Sequence record: ON568341.1
Length of the DNA: 64,000 nucleotides
From: Escherichia phage UE-S1
Strand: one strand, 5' to 3'
Shown: positions 1 through 13,712 of the stretch, in pieces
Layout of the letters: each line of letters starts with the position of its first letter
How positions within the stretch are numbered: the stretch's first letter is position 1
Notes under the pieces: generated by a model
The model's database searches: none
What the model saw: only the letters and a program-made list of their open reading frames with translations
What the model was told of the DNA's origin: nothing
Program-made: the position numbers and the translations under genes

Positions 1-70
1 TACGCACAGATCAAGCTGTTGGTCATGCACATAATACTCGTATATGGGTATAAGTACTTAAAGGTTATTT

Positions 71-144
71 GGTCAGTTAGTTCAGTTGGTAGAACGCTTC
101 ACTTCATAATGAAGAACTTACAGGTTCAAATCCAGAACTGACCA
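71..144 (+). tRNA. tRNA-like element, atypical (possible pseudo-tRNA or variant tRNA)
   Basis: Acceptor stem GGTCAGT/ACTGACC, D-arm GTTC..GAAC, T-loop TTCAAAT; but anticodon stem CTTCA/TGAAG encloses an 8-nt loop CTTCATAA and T-stem has 2 mismatches. Confidence 0.3.
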
Positions 145-151
145 CAAAAAA

Positions 152-1849
<1,698 letters not shown>

Positions 1850-2108
1850 AATATTCTCCTGAATTTGCTAAAAGTTATAATAATATTTAGTTACAATATT
1901 TATGAAATAGATTAAAAATTTGAAATGTGTTCAAAAATATTATAATAAATTTATAAAAAAAAATAAATGATTTTTTTTGAAACGGTTCAAAAAAATGTGG
2001 TATAATATATATGTTGTTCACGGAAAGATTAAGCGGGGATGCATGAGTTTGCTTAACGGAGATGATTGCAAATCCGATGTTAGTGGGTTAGAATCCCACA
2101 CTCACTGT

Positions 2109-2206
<98 letters not shown>

Positions 2207-2207
2207 C

Positions 2208-2257
<50 letters not shown>

Positions 2258-2330
2258 CTTTTTAATTTAAAAGTACTTTACTGTAGTGTTTAGTACCGTA
2301 TAATGTAAACAAAAGGATAAAATAAAACTC

Positions 2331-2855
<525 letters not shown>

Positions 2856-2897
2856 TTAAAAAAATCAGTACTTTATTATTGACTAAATAGTTCAGTG

Positions 2898-3263
<366 letters not shown>

Positions 3264-3280
3264 TTCACATGATATAGGGA

Positions 3281-3542
<262 letters not shown>

Positions 3543-3550
3543 GAATTTAA

Positions 3551-3952
3551 ATGAAAAAGAATGACTTGATCAAAATGCTTCAAGAAATTGACGGCAATCC
3601 AGAGATTGTTATTTGGAATGGATACGTCGATGATTATATGAACATCGAAAAAGGCTTGACTAAAATCACTCTAGTCAAAGAAACCGAACAGTTTCTTCAG
3701 AGTGCATTAGAGCACGAATGGTGTGAACGTAACAATACATTCGACATTCCAGAAGACCAACGAACCAAGATTGCAGAACGTGCTAAAGAACTGCATAAGA
3801 AACGCGAATACGATTTCCAGAACCCATATGTCACTGAAGACGAATTCAATCGCTGGTACGGTAAAAAGAAATTGACAAAGTATGTCCTTTCACCTAAACT
3901 ACGTGGTAAGACTTCACTTGGTGTATTCAACGCCGCAGACTTAAACTACTAG
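3551..3952 (+). CDS. hypothetical protein (133 aa)
   Basis: Track ORF, AGGA RBS; N-terminus MKKNDLIKMLQEI paralogous to next gene. Confidence 0.55.
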   Translation: MKKNDLIKMLQEIDGNPEIVIWNGYVDDYMNIEKGLTKITLVKETEQFLQSALEHEWCERNNTFDIPEDQRTKIAERAKELHKKREYDFQNPYVTEDEFNRWYGKKKLTKYVLSPKLRGKTSLGVFNAADLNY

Positions 3953-3961
3953 CGGGTATTA

Positions 3962-4229
<268 letters not shown>

Positions 4230-4273
4230 GATTCCCGATTCAGTAGTTTTAAAGCTGACCCGTATGTGCCTAT

Positions 4274-4373
<100 letters not shown>

Positions 4374-4374
4374 T

Positions 4375-4508
<134 letters not shown>

Positions 4509-4510
4509 TA

Positions 4511-4592
<82 letters not shown>

Positions 4593-4593
4593 G

Positions 4594-4626
<33 letters not shown>

Positions 4627-4631
4627 GTGCT

Positions 4632-4753
<122 letters not shown>

Positions 4754-4774
4754 TATCTTACTTTTAAACAAACT

Positions 4775-4848
4775 GCCTCAATAGCAAAATTGGTAATGCA
4801 CACGATTTGTAATCGTGAGATTTTTCCGTTCGAGTCGGAATTGGGGCA
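4775..4848 (+). tRNA. tRNA-Thr (anticodon TGT)
   Basis: Acceptor GCCTCAA/TTGGGGC (one G-U), anticodon stem CACGA/TCGTG with loop TTTGTAA, T-arm TTCCG-TTCGAGT-CGGAA; 6-nt variable loop. Confidence 0.65.
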
Positions 4849-4864
4849 CAAATAAAGGCACATT

Positions 4865-5290
4865 ATGAAATACAACATCGTTGAAATGGTGAACTATGTA
4901 TTAAAAAACAACGCATGGTCACTGCATGATGTACAATTAGAAGATATTGGTGAAGTTAGAGTATTTTGCTATGATCCAGAGTTGAATCAAACCACAGATT
5001 TGAGTAAATGTTTTAATATTTTTCTTGGTTATGAATTCAATAATCATTTTTATTCATTTGATGTGTATTTTGAAAAAGTTATATTCAGAAGTTATGAATG
5101 TGATAATGAAGATTATGATTATGATGACGAATCAATTGAATTGAATGTTAACGACATTGATACTGAAGAAAAATTCTTCCAGTACTGCCTCGTTAACAAC
5201 ACATTAGGATTGTCATTTAAGGACATTGAATCTATACTTAAAGTTCAAAAGTTGATTCCAGAAGAGGTACTAAATCCATTAAATGACTAG
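4865..5290 (+). CDS. hypothetical protein (141 aa)
   Basis: Track ORF; C-terminal region paralogous to 5283-5648 and 6777-7205. Confidence 0.55.
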   Translation: MKYNIVEMVNYVLKNNAWSLHDVQLEDIGEVRVFCYDPELNQTTDLSKCFNIFLGYEFNNHFYSFDVYFEKVIFRSYECDNEDYDYDDESIELNVNDIDTEEKFFQYCLVNNTLGLSFKDIESILKVQKLIPEEVLNPLND

Positions 5291-5648
5291 TCTAATAGTA
5301 CGTATAATGCAAGATGTTTGTAATAACCTTTATACAGGTAATTTTGACGATCCGAACATAAAAATATTATGTTATGATGGTTTTACAATGGTACATCCAG
5401 CCTATTCAAATAATATCTACGTAGCATATACAGGTGAAAATCTATTGTATCAATTTGATATATATAGTACAATGACAAAGATAATTTTGGATGCATCTAA
5501 ACCAGCAATTATTATTGCTTCTCATGATTATCATTACACTGAAGAATCACTATTTCAGTACTCAATGATTAATGACATTGGTGGGTTGACATTGGATGAG
5601 GTTAATGCTATACTAGCTGTCTCACGTTTGGTTAAAACTCACAATTAG
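5283..5648 (+). CDS. hypothetical protein (121 aa), paralogue family
   Basis: Track ORF overlapping previous stop; shared C-terminal motif GLTLDEVNAIL. Confidence 0.55.
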   Translation: MTSLIVRIMQDVCNNLYTGNFDDPNIKILCYDGFTMVHPAYSNNIYVAYTGENLLYQFDIYSTMTKIILDASKPAIIIASHDYHYTEESLFQYSMINDIGGLTLDEVNAILAVSRLVKTHN

Positions 5649-5657
5649 GAGATTCAT

Positions 5658-5849
5658 ATGTTCTGGAATTTATTATGCTTGTTTGGTCGCACATTAGTTC
5701 TTGCAATTATTCATACACCTGGCATTCGTAATTATGTTTCTTATGAATTTAAGAAAGATTATCACAACGGTACTGAAGCACGTGCTACTAAAATGTGCAA
5801 AGACTTCAATGTATCAGTACCACCATTTAAGAAATACGAGGATGAATAA
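5658..5849 (+). CDS. hypothetical protein (63 aa)
   Basis: Track ORF with GGAG RBS. Confidence 0.45.
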   Translation: MFWNLLCLFGRTLVLAIIHTPGIRNYVSYEFKKDYHNGTEARATKMCKDFNVSVPPFKKYEDE

Positions 5850-6133
5850 TGGAATTCATTGTTGCCCCTGATGATATTAAAACATTTACGTTCAGAGATA
5901 ATAATAATTATCCTTATACAAATCATTCATTGAATTCATTACATGTTATTTCAATCATTGCATCTGAATACAGAGAAAATCCCTGTATTGATTTTAAAAC
6001 CACTGATGGTGAATATACATGGGTAATCCCAAAAGATAAATATAGTTATCAAGGGGCAGTAGAAATTCGCGACTTGATTCTAAAACAAATCGAAGATGGA
6101 AATACTCATCCTAAACTAAACACTCAGTACTGA
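5849..6133 (+). CDS. hypothetical protein (94 aa)
   Basis: Track ORF; ATG overlaps previous stop (TAATG coupling). Confidence 0.5.
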   Translation: MEFIVAPDDIKTFTFRDNNNYPYTNHSLNSLHVISIIASEYRENPCIDFKTTDGEYTWVIPKDKYSYQGAVEIRDLILKQIEDGNTHPKLNTQY

Positions 6134-6319
6134 AAATGTTCCCTCTGATAGCTTTTAATCAGTACTGATTTTCTCCTTATGTGTAGAAGCTATCACCATT
6201 ACAATGATATTATTATCAATTCATTATATTCTTTACCCTCCTAACAGTATCTAGATAAATTTATATTAGATACTGTGATTTTAGAAGTTGCATTTTAACT
6301 TCTTTCCTGTTATACTTAA

Positions 6320-6349
6320 GGCTGATTCATGTTCGAATCGGCCTTTTTT
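6320..6349 (+). terminator. intrinsic terminator
   Basis: Hairpin GGCTGATTC-ATGTTC-GAATCGGCC followed by TTTTTTC. Confidence 0.6.
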
Positions 6350-6358
6350 CTTATATAG

Positions 6359-6784
6359 GTGAATACAATGAATGATTTGTTTACTTTGATCGATAAGTAT
6401 GTTGACATTGTATACCATCAAGTTGGTAGTGATACGTTTGAAACAAAAAACCCAATTAGAGATGGCAATTTTGATGTTGTCGTTGGTTCATTTTTGAATG
6501 GATACACCGAGACATTATACAATAGTAATAATATTTTTATTTCAGTTCAATCCAGACATACATCAGACTATTCTGTTAGCATTGATATTTGGGAAAATAA
6601 TATAGAAATAGATATAACGGAATCTACTAATATTTGTGTTGATGATTCATTTAATCAATTAACTGAGGAAATGTACTTGCAGTTGAATTTTGTACATGAT
6701 CTTACAAATATCAGTTATAAAACATTAAGGAAAATATGTTTTCTTAGTGGGGTGATACGTAGTAATATGAATAAGGATGATTAG
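6359..6784 (+). CDS. hypothetical protein (141 aa), paralogue family
   Basis: Track ORF (GTG start; in-frame ATG at 6368 is an alternative). Confidence 0.5.
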   Translation: MNTMNDLFTLIDKYVDIVYHQVGSDTFETKNPIRDGNFDVVVGSFLNGYTETLYNSNNIFISVQSRHTSDYSVSIDIWENNIEIDITESTNICVDDSFNQLTEEMYLQLNFVHDLTNISYKTLRKICFLSGVIRSNMNKDD

Positions 6785-7205
6785 AGAAATGATAAAAATT
6801 CCACCTGATTCACTAACACATCTTATTGAATGTGGTGTAAAATTTTGCGAAGGAGATATCTCATCTTATACATCAGTTGATGAACCTTATAAATTTTTAT
6901 ATCAATCTTATAAAAATAATTCTAAAGTTTCTTGTAGAGAGGCTGACAACATATTAATTGATGTTTCGTTACATAATGTACCTAAATTTTATATTGATAT
7001 CTTTGGTGATTCTTTAACAATTCGAACATATGATTATTTTATTAATAAAGATCTCTTGAATCTTTCAATCGATCATGATACTATAGATTCAGAACTTTTC
7101 TTTCAACTATCAACGGTTTCTGATTTACAGGGTTTAACTGTTGAACAGTTGAATGGTCTGTTTGAGATTTCAAGAAACATACGAAGTAGGAACACAAATG
7201 TCTAA
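6777..7205 (+). CDS. hypothetical protein (142 aa), paralogue family
   Basis: Track ORF; C-terminal motif LQGLTVEQLNGLFEIS matches 4865 and 5283 genes. Confidence 0.55.
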   Translation: MIREMIKIPPDSLTHLIECGVKFCEGDISSYTSVDEPYKFLYQSYKNNSKVSCREADNILIDVSLHNVPKFYIDIFGDSLTIRTYDYFINKDLLNLSIDHDTIDSELFFQLSTVSDLQGLTVEQLNGLFEISRNIRSRNTNV

Positions 7206-7614
7206 TATTTTAAATGAAAAAACAGTTGATGTTGTCATTGATGTACTTGAGAACAGTAATACATTTGAGAAAAAATACAGAACAGTATACTTTGGTGAAT
7301 ATTGTTGGCTAAATTATACTTCAGAAAATTTATTTATAATTCGTGTTGAAACGGATGATATTGGATTAACTATACATAATGCACTTAATAAAAGTGGTAA
7401 GAAAATAACTATTATTTTGGATAAATCAAGTACATCTTCTTTCTGTGATAGAATTGATGATTGTGAACACTTCACGTCAACATTTTATGATACCGAAGAA
7501 GAACATTTTATGGCTAGTACTGTTAAAGAATTACCTATTCCATTCAAATTGATGAAAGCGACAAGGGATTTTATCTTAAAATATAAAAAATCAGGAGTTT
7601 ATAATGACATTTAA
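7198..7614 (+). CDS. hypothetical protein
   Basis: Track ORF 7153-7614 trimmed to internal ATG preceded by AGGAAC. Confidence 0.5.
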   Translation: MSNILNEKTVDVVIDVLENSNTFEKKYRTVYFGEYCWLNYTSENLFIIRVETDDIGLTIHNALNKSGKKITIILDKSSTSSFCDRIDDCEHFTSTFYDTEEEHFMASTVKELPIPFKLMKATRDFILKYKKSGVYNDI

Positions 7615-8053
7615 TGGTAATGTTTCTAAAGTTGGTTTAGTTTTTGAAAATTGTGAATTTGTTGAGATTGATGTAGAGAATGTTTTATGGATGCATATTG
7701 CTGATGAAAAGACACTTTGTAGTCGTTTTTCAAATGGACTGACAATTAATACTGGTATCGGTGAGTTTGGTATTGCATTACGTAGCAATACACCATCTGA
7801 TTTCATGGACAACTCTACATTATTGGAACGTTTGAAAATGCGTGACGTGACACACGTTTATCTTTATGATACTAACGGTGTTATTCAACGTTATGTAGTT
7901 GAATGGGCTGATTACAACCTTAATGGTCAATATTCCATCAACCAGCGTGTTCAACTGACACCTGGTGGTAATATTGTGTTTGTTAGTTCAACTGGTAAAT
8001 TAATCAGTGTAGATGATAAAAATATTGATCTGTTCACTTCATACAATCAATAA
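7604..8053 (+). CDS. hypothetical protein (149 aa)
   Basis: Track ORF, overlapping start/stop with previous gene. Confidence 0.5.
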   Translation: MTFNGNVSKVGLVFENCEFVEIDVENVLWMHIADEKTLCSRFSNGLTINTGIGEFGIALRSNTPSDFMDNSTLLERLKMRDVTHVYLYDTNGVIQRYVVEWADYNLNGQYSINQRVQLTPGGNIVFVSSTGKLISVDDKNIDLFTSYNQ

Positions 8054-8086
8054 GATGTTATTCTTCATTTAGGTTGAGGGTAAAAG

Positions 8087-8449
8087 ATGAGCTTTATAAC
8101 ATTTACGATTATTTGTTGCATCACTATTGTACTTTGTCGTCTAATTCATGCATACTCATATCACAAAGCGTTACGAATTGAGCAAGAGACTTATATTGAA
8201 AACCAACCAAAGAAAAAACCACCATCACCTTATGGATTAAAGCGTGAGATGCACTCTCAAAGTAAAGAGTGGGGGTATGCAATCACAAAACATGGTTACA
8301 TTTATACAGCAAGTAATGGTTATTTTCAAATTCATCACAAGTTAGATGTAGCTGTTAAGATTTTGTGGGAGATGGAGGATATTGGTGGTTATGAGCGTAC
8401 TAAGTTTGAATTCATATCAAATGATACAGGAACTTCACCAGAATCATGA
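8087..8449 (+). CDS. hypothetical protein (120 aa), N-terminal TM helix
   Basis: Track ORF; hydrophobic N-terminus ITFTIICCITIVLC. Confidence 0.5.
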   Translation: MSFITFTIICCITIVLCRLIHAYSYHKALRIEQETYIENQPKKKPPSPYGLKREMHSQSKEWGYAITKHGYIYTASNGYFQIHHKLDVAVKILWEMEDIGGYERTKFEFISNDTGTSPES

Positions 8450-8594
8450 TATAATTATTGATATTAATAAGAAGGAAGTTGTGATGAAAAAGGAAGTATA
8501 CCGTATGTTAGAAGACTTCCATTTAAAAGCATTTATAATGAAGTTCTGTACAGATGAACATCTTACGGGACGAGTAATACGTAAGGAGTTGTAA

Positions 8595-8936
8595 ATGAAC
8601 TTAAGTTCAACAATTCAGTTCTTGAGCAATAATTTCGAGAAAATTATTTCTCGCGGTGGAATGATTGTACATCCAGACACAGATGAAATGTACATCATTG
8701 GATTTGATAAAAATTCTTATGATCAAGTACTTGTAATTTCAAAGTTAGAACGTTATAATGAAGTGGTTCAGTTTTGTTGTACCGAATTTGGTATATACAT
8801 CAAAGACGCTGAAACAAATACCATTTCACATTATTTTTACCATACGCTGATGGGTACTAAAGACTTTGGATTGAAGTTTGATGATTTAGTGCAATGTCAT
8901 TATATGTTTAAAACCTTTCCTGCTAGTGGATACTAA
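8595..8936 (+). CDS. hypothetical protein (113 aa)
   Basis: Track ORF with AGGAG RBS. Confidence 0.5.
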   Translation: MNLSSTIQFLSNNFEKIISRGGMIVHPDTDEMYIIGFDKNSYDQVLVISKLERYNEVVQFCCTEFGIYIKDAETNTISHYFYHTLMGTKDFGLKFDDLVQCHYMFKTFPASGY

Positions 8937-9735
8937 GGAGTATTTCAATATGAACAACATTTTCTTCAAAACTATTTCTTTCAAAAAATCATCTTATTCT
9001 TACGCATATGTTGATGGTAAAGTACTCAATATTGTTCTTGATGGGGTTGATGTACCAGTCCAATTCAATTCACATGAAGAAGCAATTGATGGAGCAAAAG
9101 AATTGAATTCCATTCTTAATGGGGAAGTAAGTCTAAAACAAAATGTAAAATCTGATTTAGATGTACTTTTGGAAAAAATTAAAAGTGGGGAAGTTCTAGA
9201 AATTTTGGAAAATTGCAATGAAAAGTTATCTAATGTAGTAAATAATGTCCGTGAACATATTCAAGAAAAAGCACTAGACCAAGCATTCAAACATGTATCA
9301 AAGAAAGCTGAATCACGCATCGATAGTATGGTTAAAAATATTGATGATGTTCTATCCCATCTCTTTACTAAAGAATATGAACACGAAACCGAAGAACCAA
9401 AAGAAGAAGTCAAAAAAGAAAAACGTAGTTTTGGTTCAGGTGATGATGTGTTTGGTTTCACTAATGTACGAACAAGTTCAGATGAACCAAAGGAAATCAG
9501 TGAAATGCTTATTGGTGATATGACAACTACACAACTTCGTAAAGAAATTGATAAGTTTGTAACCACTTCGGTTCAATCAGAACGTGCACAAAATATGTTT
9601 AAAAGTATTAGTGATAATTTTGGACCAGAAGCAACTGAACAAGCACTAACTGCATTTAAAGAATTGATTTATAATGTAGCTATTCGTAATCCAGAAAAAA
9701 CGCTTGAAGAAGTACTGCGTGATAATTTCAAATAA
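8926..9735 (+). CDS. hypothetical protein (269 aa), K/E-rich, predicted coiled coil
   Basis: Track ORF; charged low-complexity composition. Confidence 0.55.
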   Translation: MDTKEYFNMNNIFFKTISFKKSSYSYAYVDGKVLNIVLDGVDVPVQFNSHEEAIDGAKELNSILNGEVSLKQNVKSDLDVLLEKIKSGEVLEILENCNEKLSNVVNNVREHIQEKALDQAFKHVSKKAESRIDSMVKNIDDVLSHLFTKEYEHETEEPKEEVKKEKRSFGSGDDVFGFTNVRTSSDEPKEISEMLIGDMTTTQLRKEIDKFVTTSVQSERAQNMFKSISDNFGPEATEQALTAFKELIYNVAIRNPEKTLEEVLRDNFK

Positions 9736-9750
9736 TTAGATAAAATTAAA

Positions 9751-9775
9751 GCCACTACAATGTAGTGGCTTTTTT
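9751..9775. terminator. bidirectional intrinsic terminator between convergent genes
   Basis: Hairpin GCCACTAC-AAT-GTAGTGGC flanked by A-run and T-run. Confidence 0.65.
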
Positions 9776-9776
9776 A

Positions 9777-10931
9777 TTATTCGTTATAGCCAACAATAAC
9801 TACTGAGCAGTCAAGTGGTTCACCAACTTTTACAATTACGTTATCATCTTCATCAACTTGTAAATCACTATGAATTACCTGTTTATCAGAAGAATACAAT
9901 TGAACTTGTGGAAGTGCTTTACCATGTTCAGTTGCAGGAATGGATAGAGAATACATTGAGTCTTCATCATGTTTCCAATCACTTAACGCATATTCCTTGT
10001 GGAACGGTGTAGTATGTAGAGTTTTACCCATAATACGTAAAGATATAGGAGAATTATCAGTTTGTTGTACTGTAATATTACCTTTATCATCAACTGACAT
10101 ATCAACGCCTATTTGATGGGAATCCCCATTATATGTTTGGAGAACCAATTTATGTCCACGTTTATGAACATCATATGGTACTACAGCAGAGAATGCACCA
10201 TCAGGTGATGGTTGAAAATCTGACAAGTGAACAGGTGTAACAAAATCTACATCTTCACCATGTTCCTGAACATCAAACTCAACAACTTTAGTATTATAAT
10301 ATGGAGAAGTTAGGGTAGCAGTACCTTTTCCTTTTTGTGTAATTGCATCAACTTGGATTGTAAATGTATCACCAGCAAATTGAGTAGTAGTGTATTCTGT
10401 TCCTTCAGGTAAAACAATTTTGATTTCCATTGAATTGGTATCAATTTCGGAACCAGCATTGAATAACTTACCACTAATTGATTTGTCACCAACAAATACA
10501 GGTGAAATAATAATATTATCTATATCACGATCAATAATACTACATTCAGGTGTGTACATATTGTAAAGAGTTTTTGAACTTCCTAATATTGTTTTATGTA
10601 ATAGGAATTTATATACAAAGCCAGTATCAGCCTCTTGATGGTCATCCGAATGTCCACGAACAAAGAAACTATTTTTATTAATTTCACTTAATAGTTCGTC
10701 AGTTGATTTACTATAATTTAATAGATAACCTTTATTATCTTTTGTTGTTAATTGGACTTTACGATAGATTATATTAGTTCTAGGATCAACTAAATCATAT
10801 AATTTATGACTTCTCTGACGATAGATTCTAATATTTTTTAGTTTAGATCCGTCATTAAGAATCGCACCATCAACGATATAACCACATTCACCAAACTTAT
10901 ATCTTCCAGCCGCTGCAATTGATCTTGACAT
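9777..10931 (-). CDS. hypothetical protein (384 aa)
   Basis: Track ORF on minus strand, GGAGGAAT RBS, convergent with 8926-9735. Confidence 0.6.
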   Translation of the reverse strand: MSRSIAAAGRYKFGECGYIVDGAILNDGSKLKNIRIYRQRSHKLYDLVDPRTNIIYRKVQLTTKDNKGYLLNYSKSTDELLSEINKNSFFVRGHSDDHQEADTGFVYKFLLHKTILGSSKTLYNMYTPECSIIDRDIDNIIISPVFVGDKSISGKLFNAGSEIDTNSMEIKIVLPEGTEYTTTQFAGDTFTIQVDAITQKGKGTATLTSPYYNTKVVEFDVQEHGEDVDFVTPVHLSDFQPSPDGAFSAVVPYDVHKRGHKLVLQTYNGDSHQIGVDMSVDDKGNITVQQTDNSPISLRIMGKTLHTTPFHKEYALSDWKHDEDSMYSLSIPATEHGKALPQVQLYSSDKQVIHSDLQVDEDDNVIVKVGEPLDCSVVIVGYNE

Positions 10932-11047
10932 TTATTCCTCCATTGATATAATTATTATAGCGTATTTATTAGGTATATCAAAAAAGTGCTTGACTGGTGC
11001 ATAACAAAGTGCTACTATATAGTGAATGAATAAATGAGGCGTTTTTT

Positions 11048-11632
11048 ATGAATGTTATTGACGATAGATTAGTACTGAAAAATGGAAAAATGACAGTTAA
11101 GTTATACAAAGACGAAGCTGATTCATTTATGGCAAAAGCTATTGAGAAATCAGAGCGATATAAACTACTAGCACCTGCAAGTAGATCACCCTACGGTTTT
11201 AATCATGCACATAGTCATTTTGTTGGTATGGTGTGTGAACATGCATCTTTAGTACTTTTTAATGAAATAGAAAATAATACCGGTATTAAACTTAACATCG
11301 ATGCAGCATTTCAGAATGAAGCACGTGATGGTGAATGTGATATTAAAGTAAACAATCTTCGCATAGAAGTTAAAGGTATTAAGTATAAATCTTGGACGGA
11401 CTTTGGACCATGTGTTAGTACTCGACAACTAAAAAATATTCAGAAAAAAGCTGACGTGATTCTATGGGTGTTGTATAATGAGAAAAAACAAGAGTTCACA
11501 TTTGAAGGATTTAACTATGTAAAAGATATTAGTTCTATCCCTGTTATTCTTACTGGTGTTCCTGGGCGACCAATGATTGAAAATCACCCAGTGCTAAGTA
11601 TTATGAAACCACTACAGGAGTTACCATTATGA
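11048..11632 (+). CDS. hypothetical protein (194 aa)
   Basis: Track ORF; upstream TTGACT and TACTAT promoter-like hexamers. Confidence 0.55.
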   Translation: MNVIDDRLVLKNGKMTVKLYKDEADSFMAKAIEKSERYKLLAPASRSPYGFNHAHSHFVGMVCEHASLVLFNEIENNTGIKLNIDAAFQNEARDGECDIKVNNLRIEVKGIKYKSWTDFGPCVSTRQLKNIQKKADVILWVLYNEKKQEFTFEGFNYVKDISSIPVILTGVPGRPMIENHPVLSIMKPLQELPL

Positions 11633-11856
11633 TTACTGCAACTGTATATCAGGATATTAATGAAGAATTTAATTCTAAAATTGCTTTTTTGTCATTTCCA
11701 GTACTACCCGAAATTGGTTCATCTTTAAATTTAAAAATTTGTGGGTTTGAAAAATATTATGAAGTAATAGATATTGAGTACTGTGCTGATGTTTATTCAT
11801 GTAATAGTGAATTTGCCATTCCGGTATCAATCGATATTATCGTAAAAGAGGTTTAA
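11629..11856 (+). CDS. hypothetical protein (75 aa)
   Basis: Track ORF, start overlaps previous stop. Confidence 0.45.
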   Translation: MITATVYQDINEEFNSKIAFLSFPVLPEIGSSLNLKICGFEKYYEVIDIEYCADVYSCNSEFAIPVSIDIIVKEV

Positions 11857-11859
11857 AAT

Positions 11860-12315
11860 ATGTTTAAAAATTTTATTGTTATTGTAGCAGTGCTTTTTGG
11901 TGTATCATATTTTATTTCCCCTGTACATGCAGAAGAACAACGACAAACAATTAAAACAATAGGTACTGGGAAAACTCCACCTAAACGCACTGCTGAAGAA
12001 TATATGCCTGAGATGCGTGAACGTTATCGCCAGACATATAGAGAAAAACATGCAAATGATAAACCAATCAAGAAACACAAATGGGAAGTCGTTAAATCAC
12101 CTTCATTTTGTGCTGGGTATGCTAAAGTAAAAGTTGAGCAACACAAAAACCAGTACTACAAAGATATGTATTATTTCTATAACTCCAGAATCTCAGACAC
12201 TGATATGATGGCAGGGAAAGTTAACAAAGAAGAGTTTCTTCAAGGTTATGATATGATGGATGATGATAAGATTATGGAATGTGTGGAAGTATATGAGAAA
12301 TACAGAGGGTTCTAA
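11860..12315 (+). CDS. secreted hypothetical protein (signal peptide)
   Basis: N-terminus MFKNFIVIVAVLFGVSYFISPVHA then charged region. Confidence 0.55.
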   Translation: MFKNFIVIVAVLFGVSYFISPVHAEEQRQTIKTIGTGKTPPKRTAEEYMPEMRERYRQTYREKHANDKPIKKHKWEVVKSPSFCAGYAKVKVEQHKNQYYKDMYYFYNSRISDTDMMAGKVNKEEFLQGYDMMDDDKIMECVEVYEKYRGF

Positions 12316-12788
12316 TGATAACAATGGTATTATTTTCAAGCCCGTTTGCTTATTTTATTCTGTATAATATTTTTAGTAATGCTCATCATTTTAAATACGC
12401 ACAAACAATTGCAAAACATGAAGGATTTTGGAATTTTTTCCCAGCGTTATTATGTTCCTACCAATATCATGAACGCTATTTTATATTTCCAGAATATCAA
12501 AAATATGGATATGATTCTAAAGTAAATGCACTAATTGAGTACTGTACACGAAACTATTTGAATAATAGTAATGATAATGTTCAGATACTAATAGGGAATG
12601 GAAGGATTCCAAGAATAGTTTTTATATCTGATATACAAGACCCGATTTACTTATATCTATATGAATATTGTATCAAGGCTGGTGGTTCTATGCACGGAAG
12701 TAGGTCCATGTATGAATACTTCATATTGCCACCAACGCATATCAGGCTAATAGAAAAATACTTAAAAAATATTGACAAAAATGATTAG
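12315..12788 (+). CDS. hypothetical protein (157 aa)
   Basis: Track ORF, ATG overlaps previous stop. Confidence 0.5.
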   Translation: MITMVLFSSPFAYFILYNIFSNAHHFKYAQTIAKHEGFWNFFPALLCSYQYHERYFIFPEYQKYGYDSKVNALIEYCTRNYLNNSNDNVQILIGNGRIPRIVFISDIQDPIYLYLYEYCIKAGGSMHGSRSMYEYFILPPTHIRLIEKYLKNIDKND

Positions 12789-12832
12789 TAGTATTATAAT
12801 CATAATACCATCTAACCAAAGAGGAATGGAAA

Positions 12833-13291
12833 ATGGACGTATTAGCTACCAACTTCAAACGCAATACTGAAGAACGTGAAGGGTATCTTAGTATTAATGA
12901 TGTTGTTGCCGACAATTTTAAACAATACATTTTTAATAGTGCAATTAAATTAAAATGCACAAAAGATGCACCTGACCGTAGTTTTACTAAATGGATTGCA
13001 TACTGGGAAGATTCCCCTGTTGCAATTGAAATGACAGTCATTACTACTGTTCTTGAAACTGGTTACATTAAAGCAATTGTAGTTGATAAAAAAGTTCACA
13101 CACTAGATGAAATTAATCCATATCCTGCACGAAATTCTAAAGTTTTTGGTGTATTAGTTGATGGTAAATTTATGGTAGAAAAAGATGCAAAAGAATATGT
13201 AATTAACAAACTTCAATCTACGGCAGAAAAAAAAGAAGTGGTGGACCAAAATTCAGTGGATGCAATTAAAAAAGCATGGGGATTGAACTAA
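12833..13291 (+). CDS. hypothetical protein (152 aa)
   Basis: Track ORF with GGAATGGAAA RBS region. Confidence 0.5.
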   Translation: MDVLATNFKRNTEEREGYLSINDVVADNFKQYIFNSAIKLKCTKDAPDRSFTKWIAYWEDSPVAIEMTVITTVLETGYIKAIVVDKKVHTLDEINPYPARNSKVFGVLVDGKFMVEKDAKEYVINKLQSTAEKKEVVDQNSVDAIKKAWGLN

Positions 13292-13292
13292 T

Positions 13293-13712
13293 ATGTTCAC
13301 ACTAAGTAATACAAAATATCTTTTTCTTATTAGTATTATTGGTTGGGTTATGGCTCCAGTGCTAAATGCACTGGGGTTTTCAGATGAACACAAACTTGTC
13401 ATCGTTTCAGGCGTAATTCAGGGTATTTCATGGTATACATTGATTATATTTTCAGTGTGTATCAATACCTTTGCCCGTGATTATCGACGTTTTTTATATC
13501 TGAAAGTATTCGGTACTACGCGATACAGTTTTGTTTATACTTTTATTTTAGTACCGTGCATGTTATATGCATTTGTATTTGATTACTATACATACCTATG
13601 GGTATGTGGAACTATGTTTGTCATGTTAGAATACATCAGAACAGTACAAAACTCATATGCTGACGAGTATTATGATTTAGAAGTTAAACGACAATTAACG
13701 GAGATAAACTAA
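13293..13712 (+). CDS. small multi-pass membrane protein
   Basis: Several hydrophobic segments. Confidence 0.5.
   Translation: MFTLSNTKYLFLISIIGWVMAPVLNALGFSDEHKLVIVSGVIQGISWYTLIIFSVCINTFARDYRRFLYLKVFGTTRYSFVYTFILVPCMLYAFVFDYYTYLWVCGTMFVMLEYIRTVQNSYADEYYDLEVKRQLTEIN

Noticed and set aside
3697-3930. 77-aa minus-strand ORF inside 3551-3952
   Set aside because: Antisense to a gene with a good RBS and a paralogous neighbour.
9000-9566. ORFs 9000-9218 (-), 9261-9566 (-) and 9293-9523 (+) inside 8926-9735
   Set aside because: Embedded in a longer same-region ORF with a good RBS; translations are low complexity.
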